Assembly (NCBI GenBank): GCA_046706185.1
Contig: JBJKPR010000053.1
Location: 7,950 to 71,949 of the forward strand
Reading direction: 5' to 3'
Length of the DNA stretch: 64,000 bases
DNA from: Candidatus Sysuiplasmataceae archaeon
GTDB lineage: Archaea > Thermoplasmatota > Thermoplasmata > Sysuiplasmatales > Sysuiplasmataceae
The notes under the pieces were generated by a model. That model did no database searches. It was not told the origin of the DNA and worked only from the letters and a program-made list of their open reading frames with translations. The translations under genes were made by a program, and so were the position numbers. How positions within the stretch are numbered: position 1 is the first letter of the stretch; every line of letters begins with the position of its first letter. Shown here piece after piece: positions 57,367-64,000 of the stretch.

Positions 57367-59316
57367 ATGAGAATGCCGCTAGAGCATGGAAGTCAGCCGG
57401 GGGGTGCAGCCTCCGCATTTCCCTACATCGCCAGGAAGAGCCAGATACGCATAATGAAGTCCGTTTTTGATGCGGTGACAGGCAGAAGGCATCTTGTTCT
57501 TGAGAGCCCGACCGGGAGCGGAAAGACAGCGAGCGTGCTCTCCTCCCTCGTGGAATGCAGGGGAGACAGAAAGATACTGTACCTCACAAGGACGAATTCG
57601 CAGCAGAAGCAGGTCATGAAGGAGCTGAGGATGATTGCTGGCAGGATGCCTGTCTTCGGCATTGCCATACAGGGCAGGAACAACAGCTGCCTGCTTGCCG
57701 ACGAGGATGCTGAGATGAAGTCCGGCACACCGGAGGAGCTTTCGTCATACTGCTCCTATCTCAAGGAGAGGACAACGTCCGAAACGAGCGGCTGCACCTA
57801 CTACTTCGGCCTGATGAATTCAAGCAGGAGCGAGCTTGCAGGCTGGATGAAGAGGTCGATGCCGGACTCGGAAGAGCTTGTGAGGGAGTGCGGGAAAATG
57901 CGCATATGCCCGTACGAGCTGTCCAAGTCGCTACTCCCTGATGCGGATGTGGTCACGGCGCCGTACATATACTTCTTTGACCCGTTCATAAGGAGGAGGC
58001 TGCTCGAATGGATGGCCACTCCGATAGAGAAGCTGATCGTGGTTCTTGACGAGGCGCATAACCTGCCAGACTACCTGAGGGAGATAGAGAGCATCCGCTT
58101 CAGCACCAGGGCGGCCTCCGGCATGAGGAAAGAGGCGGAGGAGTACGGCGACCCCGAAGTCTGCCCCGGCATGAGCATAAGGGACATGTCCGAAACGCTG
58201 GAGGGAATAATAACCTCAATGGCAAAGGAATTCGTCCTGGATGAGGACGGCCTCGTCCCGGAGACGGAGTTTGAAACTTCGCTGATGGAGGAGATGGGAG
58301 TAAACTCGAGGAGCTTCGCGACAATGATTGCGGTCCTGACCACGCAGGGGGATTTCATCCGTGACATGAAGCTGAAGAGCGGCAGGCTGCCAAGGTCATA
58401 CATACGCTCGTTCGGCGACTTCATGCGCTTCTGGATAGAGGCCGAGCCGCAGCACTATGTCAAGCTCGTCAACGGCGGTGAAAACCCGTCGATCGAGGCA
58501 TACTGCATGGACCCTTCGATCGCTGCAGCCCCCCTGCTGGACGCTTACTCAAGCATTCACATGTCTGGTACAATGGGAAACCTGTCAGATTACTGCACGC
58601 TCCTCAATCTGCCCGGGAGCACGCTTGCCGTTTCCATACCTTCCGATTTCCCGCCTGAGAACAGGAAGCTGATTTATGTCGATGACGTGACGACGCGCTA
58701 CGAGGTGCTATCGCACGATTCAGGCATGATCGCTGCAATCGCTGACAGGATTGTGGCTGTCTGCAGGGCCGCAAGGCGGAACACGATTGTCTTCCTGCCC
58801 TCCTACAGCCTGCTGGATTCACTCCTGTCGCTCGATATGGAAAGGAGGCTTGGGACAACTGTCCTTGTTGAAAGGAGGGAGATGAGCCAGGCGGGCCTCA
58901 TGCAGAGCGTTGAGTTGTTCAAATCAAACAGGGGTTCGGTGTTTCTGTCGGTGATCGGCGGAAGGGTAAGCGAAGGGCTCGATTTCCCAGACGAAACACT
59001 GGAGATGGTCGTGATAGTCGGCATCCCGTACCCGAGGCCAACAGCAAAGCAGAGAGCGCTTGTCAACTACTACGACATACTGTACAGGAAAGGCTGGGAC
59101 TACGCCGTCAGGAACCCTGCCGTAAGGAGGCTTCTCCAGGCTTCCGGCAGGATGATAAGGAGCGAGACTGACAGGGGGATAGCTGTTGTCCTCGACAGGA
59201 GACTTGCAAACTTCCGGGAGGTGAATGCCGAAGCAGTCAGCGACGCTCCGGCCGCCGTCGCCGCATTCTTTTCGCACGCAGGGCAGGGCGGTCAGGAAGA
59301 GAGGCTTAATAAGTGA
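57367..59316 (+). CDS. xpd: XPD/Rad3-family 5'-3' DNA helicase with FeS domain
   Basis: 649 aa. Walker A ESPTGSGKT, DEAH (VVLDEAHNL). Four Cys in the FeS insert (NSC, YCSY, SGCTYY, RICPYE). N-terminal FPY. Confidence 0.85.
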   Translation: MRMPLEHGSQPGGAASAFPYIARKSQIRIMKSVFDAVTGRRHLVLESPTGSGKTASVLSSLVECRGDRKILYLTRTNSQQKQVMKELRMIAGRMPVFGIAIQGRNNSCLLADEDAEMKSGTPEELSSYCSYLKERTTSETSGCTYYFGLMNSSRSELAGWMKRSMPDSEELVRECGKMRICPYELSKSLLPDADVVTAPYIYFFDPFIRRRLLEWMATPIEKLIVVLDEAHNLPDYLREIESIRFSTRAASGMRKEAEEYGDPEVCPGMSIRDMSETLEGIITSMAKEFVLDEDGLVPETEFETSLMEEMGVNSRSFATMIAVLTTQGDFIRDMKLKSGRLPRSYIRSFGDFMRFWIEAEPQHYVKLVNGGENPSIEAYCMDPSIAAAPLLDAYSSIHMSGTMGNLSDYCTLLNLPGSTLAVSIPSDFPPENRKLIYVDDVTTRYEVLSHDSGMIAAIADRIVAVCRAARRNTIVFLPSYSLLDSLLSLDMERRLGTTVLVERREMSQAGLMQSVELFKSNRGSVFLSVIGGRVSEGLDFPDETLEMVVIVGIPYPRPTAKQRALVNYYDILYRKGWDYAVRNPAVRRLLQASGRMIRSETDRGIAVVLDRRLANFREVNAEAVSDAPAAVAAFFSHAGQGGQEERLNK

Positions 59317-59333
59317 CAGGCGGATGAACGCTC

Positions 59334-59897
59334 ATGTCCCTTCTCTGGTCCGTCGCAGACGCATTCTGGTTCTTCCTCCCGGCGATGCTGCCCAACACAT
59401 CGGCCGCGATCTTCGGTGGTGGAACACCACTCGACTTTGGAAAGGTGTGGAGGGGAAAAAGAGTGCTAGGGGACGGGAAGACATGGAAGGGGCTGGTGGT
59501 CGGAATAGCATCGGGCGTTGTGCTCGGCTACCTTGAAAGCGTCATCTCAATACCGCTGAGCAGCCAGCTCGCGGGCGTGTTCACCCCCTCCCTCGAGATT
59601 CTTCCCACACTTCTTGCCCTCTCTTCAGGGTCCATGCTGGGCGACATAGCAGGAGCATTCTTGAAGAGGCGATGGGGGCTGGCACGGGGCGCGAGCGTAC
59701 CGCTGCTCGACCAGTATGACTTCGCAGCAGGCGCACTCATCGTCTCCCTTGCTGTTTCGCCAGGCGTGACAGCCCGTTTCCTGCTCTCGGGGGAAGCGCT
59801 GGTGGGCTTCATTGTAGTTCTCGTGATCATATATCCACTGCACAGGCTGATCAACTACATAGGATACAGGAAAGGGCTGAAAAGTGTACCGTGGTGA
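59334..59897 (+). CDS. carS: CDP-archaeol synthase (CarS)
   Basis: 187 aa, five TM helices. DGKTWKG motif. Confidence 0.75.
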   Translation: MSLLWSVADAFWFFLPAMLPNTSAAIFGGGTPLDFGKVWRGKRVLGDGKTWKGLVVGIASGVVLGYLESVISIPLSSQLAGVFTPSLEILPTLLALSSGSMLGDIAGAFLKRRWGLARGASVPLLDQYDFAAGALIVSLAVSPGVTARFLLSGEALVGFIVVLVIIYPLHRLINYIGYRKGLKSVPW

Positions 59898-59901
59898 TAG
59901 A

Positions 59902-60441
59902 ATGGAACTGAAAGAAATGCTCAGGGAAAAAGGGGCCCTGATGTTTGGTGAATTCACACTCACATCAGGAAGGAAAAGCAGCTATTATGTCAACATAAAA
60001 AAGGCATATACGGACCCCGCCGTGCTCAGGCGCATAAGCGATGCAATGAGCCAGCATGTGCATGGAAGCAGGGTGGCGGGCGTTGCACTGGGCGCGATCC
60101 CGATAGTTGTGGCGGTGTCGCTCAACACAGGCAAGCCCTTCTCCATGATAAGAAAGGAGGACAGGCAGCACGGCACATCAGCCAGGATAGAGGGGGAGAT
60201 AGCTGCGGGAGAAGTGGTTGACATACTGGAGGACGTTACCACCACCGGGGGGAGCGTTGTTTCGGCAATCAGGGCAATCAGGTCCTCGGGCGGAAGCGTG
60301 GAGACAGTCATTGTCGTTGTGGACAGGGGGGAGGGGGCAGAGGAGGCACTCGAGAAGGAGGGGGTGCGGCTCAAGGCGATAGTGACTGCTGCAGACCTCA
60401 GGAGAATGCTTGAAAGCAACTCTGCAGAGAAAACAGGATAG
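59902..60441 (+). CDS. pyrE: orotate phosphoribosyltransferase
   Basis: PRPP loop VVDILEDVTTTGGSV. ATG at 59902 preferred over GTG 59884, which overlaps carS. Confidence 0.8.
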   Translation: MELKEMLREKGALMFGEFTLTSGRKSSYYVNIKKAYTDPAVLRRISDAMSQHVHGSRVAGVALGAIPIVVAVSLNTGKPFSMIRKEDRQHGTSARIEGEIAAGEVVDILEDVTTTGGSVVSAIRAIRSSGGSVETVIVVVDRGEGAEEALEKEGVRLKAIVTAADLRRMLESNSAEKTG

Positions 60442-60504
60442 ATACCGGCGGTCCGGATTTTGCCGTTCAGGCACTGCCGAAAATCTTTAATGAATAGCGA
60501 ATAC

Positions 60505-60514
60505 TATTTATATA
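60505..60514 (+). promoter_or_regulatory. TATA box TATTTATATA for the rpoH-rpoB operon
   Basis: 36 nt upstream of the rpoH ATG. Confidence 0.5.
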
Positions 60515-60549
60515 CATTATGTTTAGGATGCCTTTGGACGAGGTGTGAG

Positions 60550-60810
60550 ATGCCTGCTTTTAATATTTTAAATCATGAAATGGTCCCCGAGCACAGACTC
60601 GTCAGCGATGCGGAAGCTGAGAGGATTCTCAAGAAGTTCGGCATAACGAAGGAGCAGCTTCCGAAGATCAAGCTGACTGACCCGGCGATCAAGGTCCTCG
60701 AGGCGACGCAGAAGGAGAAAGAGGGGATCAGAGAGGGCATGATTGTGGAGATCACAAGGAACAGCAAGACATCAGAGAAATTTACCGCTTACAGGCTGAT
60801 CACTAGGTAG
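60550..60810 (+). CDS. rpoH: DNA-directed RNA polymerase subunit H (Rpo5)
   Basis: Start at internal ATG (MPAFNILNHEMVPEHRLVSDAEAERIL...). Size and sequence typical of RpoH. Confidence 0.85.
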   Translation: MPAFNILNHEMVPEHRLVSDAEAERILKKFGITKEQLPKIKLTDPAIKVLEATQKEKEGIREGMIVEITRNSKTSEKFTAYRLITR

Positions 60811-60843
60811 TCGATGCCTATACCCAGGTGCATGGTGATTTGA

Positions 60844-63800
60844 TTGAAAGAGTTGGTCGTGTCTTATTTCAAAGAGAGAAGTATTGTTAACCACCATATA
60901 GCGTCGTTCAACGATTTCCTGAGTTCATTCAACAACGCGAACAGCAGGATGCAGAGGATCGTTGACAACGCCAGGATAAGCCCGGAGGATGTGGAGCGGG
61001 GCGTCATACGCCTTGACCCAGAAAAGACCGACGGGAAGGTTATTGAAATCAGGATGGGCAGGAAAAGGGACGAGAAGACTGGCCTTGTCGACCCGCTTGC
61101 ACGTCCGACGATAGAGGTTGGGAGGCCTGTTGTCAAGGAGGCAAACGGCGCGAGCCACACGCTACTTCCGATGGAGGCGAGGCTCAGGAACCTGAACTAC
61201 ATGGCGCCGATAAGGCTCTATTTCACTGTCATCGAGGACGGGATAGAGAGGGAGGCTGAACCTGTTCACATCGGGGACCTGCCCATTATGGTCAAGAGCA
61301 GGGCTTGCAACCTGACGAAGGAGAACATAATGGACGAGGCAACCGACAGGGATCTCACCAGCCAGGAGTACATAGCAAGACTTCAGGCTGAGGGAGAGGA
61401 CCCGCTTGACCCCGGAGGATATTTCATAATAGGCGGGACTGAAAGGGTGCTCATCACACTCGAGGACCTCGCCCCGAACAGGGTGCTCGTCGAGTACAAT
61501 GAGCGGTACGGAACGAAGATCCAGGTCGGGAAAGTCTTCTCGCAGAGGGAAGGGTACCGTGCTCTGACTGTTGTGGAAAAGAAGAAAGACGGCATTCTGA
61601 TGGTAACCGTGCCTGCCGCATCGGGCCAGATCCCCCTTATTGTGCTCATGAAGGCGCTGGGGATGGAGAATGACAACGAGATATACGAGGCAATATCCGG
61701 CGACCCCAGAATGGAGAACATAATATTCGCAAACATCGAGGACTGCCAGGACAAGAAGAACTATCCACCCAACGGCATTTTCACAAGAGAGGACGCTCTG
61801 AACTACCTTGAGAAGAAGTTCGCCACGGGCCAGGCGAAGGAGTTCAGGGTCAGGAAGATAGAGTCCATCATAGACAGGTCGCTGCTTCCCCACCTTGGCG
61901 ATGCTGTGGAGGACAGGCTGAAGAAGGCAGTCTTCCTGGGCAGGATCGCGAGGAATGTGCTTGAACTCTCGCTCGGCATGAAGAGGGAGGATGACAAGGA
62001 CCACTACTCGAACAAGAGACTGAAGCTTGCCGGCGACCTGATGGAGGATCTTTTCAGGGTTGCATTCACGAACCTCATCAAGGACCTGAAGTACCAGCTT
62101 GAAAGGAGCGTTGCGAGGAAGAAGGACATCAAGATACAGAGCGCCATAAGGCCCGACCTCCTTACGCACAGGCTGCTACATGCGCTGGCCACGGGCAACT
62201 GGGTCGGGGGCAGGGCGGGAGTCAGCCAGCTTCTCGACAGGACATCCAACATGAGCACTGTCAGCCACCTGAGGAGGATCACCAGCCCTCTGACAAGGTC
62301 ACAGCCGCACTTCGAGGCCAGGGATTTGCACCCGACGCAGTGGGGCAGGCTCTGCCCGAACGAAACACCTGAAGGACAGAACTGCGGTCTTGTGAAGAAC
62401 GCTGCACTGATAGTGGATGTGTCCGAGGGCATACCGGAGAGCGAGGTGATAGCCCAGCTGAGGGACCTCGGAGTCAGGGAGGCCAAGCCCTCTGAAATGG
62501 TTCAGCAGACCAGGGTCTATGTCAACGGGGACCTCATAGGCGTTGCGAAGGAGGGCGAAAAGCTCGCAGCGGAGCTAAGGGAAAGGAGGCGCACAGGCAA
62601 GATATACGGCCAGCGCTCCCACGAGGTCAATGTCCACTACGACAGGATCACGAACGACGTTTATGTCAACTCAGACGAAGGAAGGCTGAGGAGGGCACTC
62701 CTTGTTCTCAGGAACGGCACGACTGCACTGACATCGAGGGCAATCGATGAGGTCAGGGAGGGAAAAAGGAGCTGGAGCGAGCTGATAAGGAGCGGCGCAG
62801 TGGAGTGGATAGATGCGGAGGAGGAGGAGGATGGCTACATTGCAGTCCAGCCGTACGGCCTCCCGCGTGCCTGCCCGCACTGCTCATCGGTCCTTTCGGT
62901 CGGTGGGGTCAGATGGACAAACATGGGAAGCGGTGAGCAGGATGCGCAGCTTGAATGCCCTTCCTGCCACAAGGCATTCGCCTCACAGCTGACAATGACC
63001 AGGGACCACACCCATCTGGAGATAGACCCGATGGTTGTACTCGGCGTCTGCGCCGGCCTCGTTCCCTATCCTGAACACAATGCATCTCCTAGGGTGACAA
63101 TGGGTGCCGGAATGGCGAAGCAGTCGCTTGGCCTTGGCGCGTCCAACTACAGGCTCAGGCCGGACACAAGGAGCCACCTGCTGCACTACCCCGAAAAGCC
63201 GCTCGTGCAGACAACGCAGATGCAGTTCACCAATTTCAACGAAAGGCCGGCAGGCCAGAACTTTGTCGTTGCGATTGTGTCACACTACGGCTACAACATG
63301 CAGGATGCCATCGTAATGAACAAGGGGTCCATAGAACGGGGCCTCGGGCGATCCTCCTTCCTCAGGAGCTACAGGACTGAAGAGCGCAGGTACCCGGGAG
63401 GGCAGGAGGACCACTTCGAAATACCGAGCCCGGACGTGAGAGGTGCCAGGGCCGATGTGGCATACAGCAACCTCGGCGACGACGGCCTGATTTCTCCTGA
63501 GACGTATGTCAATGGCGGCGATGTCCTAATAGGAAAGACATCACCGCCAAGGTTCCTCGAGGAGGAGACTGATTTCCTGACACCGCAGAAGAGAAGGGAG
63601 ACGTCCATCACCGTCAGGGCGGGGGAGTCCGGGTTTGTTGACAGTGTTGTGCTTACGGAGTCCGAGAACGGCTCCAGGCTTGTCAGGGTGAAGGTGAGGG
63701 ATGAGAGGATACCTGAGCTTGGTGACAAGTTCGCATCAAGGCATGGCCAGAAGGGCGTTGTTGGACTGATAGCACCGCAGGAGTCGATGCCTTTCACGTG

Positions 63801-64000
63801 CGACGGGCTCGTTCCTGACCTGATCATCAACCCGCACGGCATACCGTCCAGGATGACTGTCGCGCATGTGCTTGAGATGATCGGCGGCAAGGTTGGATCG
63901 CTGTCAGGCAGGTTTGTCGACGGGACTGCCTTCCAGGGGGAGAAGGAGGAAGCGCTGAGGAAGGAGCTTGAGGCGCTTGGCTTCAGGAACAACGGCCGGG
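60844..64000 (+). CDS. rpoB: DNA-directed RNA polymerase subunit B (Rpo2), unsplit, 3'-partial (runs off the window)
   Basis: Not in the ORF track because there is no stop in the window. TTG start right after an in-frame TGA. LKELVVSYFKERSIVNHHIASFNDF N-terminus. Later AIVSHYGYNMQDAIVMNKGSIERG, HGQKGV and the PDLIINPHGIPSRMT core. Frame continuous to 64000. Confidence 0.85.
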   Translation, partial: MKELVVSYFKERSIVNHHIASFNDFLSSFNNANSRMQRIVDNARISPEDVERGVIRLDPEKTDGKVIEIRMGRKRDEKTGLVDPLARPTIEVGRPVVKEANGASHTLLPMEARLRNLNYMAPIRLYFTVIEDGIEREAEPVHIGDLPIMVKSRACNLTKENIMDEATDRDLTSQEYIARLQAEGEDPLDPGGYFIIGGTERVLITLEDLAPNRVLVEYNERYGTKIQVGKVFSQREGYRALTVVEKKKDGILMVTVPAASGQIPLIVLMKALGMENDNEIYEAISGDPRMENIIFANIEDCQDKKNYPPNGIFTREDALNYLEKKFATGQAKEFRVRKIESIIDRSLLPHLGDAVEDRLKKAVFLGRIARNVLELSLGMKREDDKDHYSNKRLKLAGDLMEDLFRVAFTNLIKDLKYQLERSVARKKDIKIQSAIRPDLLTHRLLHALATGNWVGGRAGVSQLLDRTSNMSTVSHLRRITSPLTRSQPHFEARDLHPTQWGRLCPNETPEGQNCGLVKNAALIVDVSEGIPESEVIAQLRDLGVREAKPSEMVQQTRVYVNGDLIGVAKEGEKLAAELRERRRTGKIYGQRSHEVNVHYDRITNDVYVNSDEGRLRRALLVLRNGTTALTSRAIDEVREGKRSWSELIRSGAVEWIDAEEEEDGYIAVQPYGLPRACPHCSSVLSVGGVRWTNMGSGEQDAQLECPSCHKAFASQLTMTRDHTHLEIDPMVVLGVCAGLVPYPEHNASPRVTMGAGMAKQSLGLGASNYRLRPDTRSHLLHYPEKPLVQTTQMQFTNFNERPAGQNFVVAIVSHYGYNMQDAIVMNKGSIERGLGRSSFLRSYRTEERRYPGGQEDHFEIPSPDVRGARADVAYSNLGDDGLISPETYVNGGDVLIGKTSPPRFLEEETDFLTPQKRRETSITVRAGESGFVDSVVLTESENGSRLVRVKVRDERIPELGDKFASRHGQKGVVGLIAPQESMPFTCDGLVPDLIINPHGIPSRMTVAHVLEMIGGKVGSLSGRFVDGTAFQGEKEEALRKELEALGFRNNGR

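Noticed and set aside
61162-62169. 335-aa minus-strand ORF
   Set aside because: Antisense to rpoB. rpoB is missing from the ORF track only because it has no stop in the window.
60844-64000. Possibility that rpoB is split into B''/B' as in many euryarchaea
   Set aside because: The reading frame is continuous through the usual split region. The extra Cys-rich segment is an in-frame insertion, not a gene boundary.
1-64000. CRISPR arrays, IS elements, integrases, restriction-modification or toxin-antitoxin pairs
   Set aside because: No regularly spaced direct repeats, and no transposase, integrase, Cas or methyltransferase motifs seen on reading both strands.

Overview
GC-rich archaeal chromosomal segment carrying about 60 densely packed protein genes on both strands, which is mostly housekeeping with a handful of accessory loci. 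Archaeal hallmarks in the sequence include LonB with a membrane insertion, aRF1 with NIKS/GGQ, a class I CCA enzyme, DtdA, Nep1, CarS, PurP, RPA, XPD, Hel308 and Cgi121 (a subunit of the KEOPS tRNA-modification complex). The window ends in an rpoH-rpoB operon. My guess is a Thermoplasmata-like euryarchaeon, but that is unverified. I found two tRNAs: Gln-CUG, and Ser-GGA with a putative 12-nt intron. I saw no rRNA, no CRISPR array, and no transposase, integrase or IS-like element. Housekeeping content covers translation (ArgS, aRF1, CCA, DtdA, Nep1), replication and repair (Hel308, RPA plus an RPA-associated protein, XPD), transcription (RpoH, start of RpoB), NAD metabolism (NMNAT, CinA/PncC, NadE), purine and pyrimidine metabolism (two PurP paralogs, PyrH, PyrE), serine metabolism (class V aminotransferase plus SerA), lipid synthesis (CarS), SAM synthesis, formiminoglutamate metabolism, and transporters (ClC, MFS, two ABC systems). 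The loci that deserve a second look are these. (1) A ~1465-aa cytoplasmic helical-repeat protein with a C-terminal Cys/His cluster, divergently paired with a KaiC-like pseudo-ATPase/ATPase gene couple. (2) A tightly coupled ArsR - small membrane protein - beta-helix (toastrack/bactofilin-like) protein - ABC-2 exporter - DtdA operon that resembles bacterial Psp/Lia-type envelope-stress modules. (3) A ubiquitin-like SAMP/MoaD gene translationally coupled to a BNR beta-propeller. (4) A bacterial-type MetK inside a ~4-kb islet bounded by two paralogous small membrane proteins and ending at a tRNA-Gln. (5) An 11-13-nt motif, TTCCCC(C)TGAAAGG, sitting between TATA box and start codon of three consecutive genes including xpd, plus a related hairpin in front of the RPA promoter. 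(6) A Cys4 zinc-ribbon-like insertion in a surface loop of RpoB. All functional calls rest on motif recognition from memory; no database search was possible.
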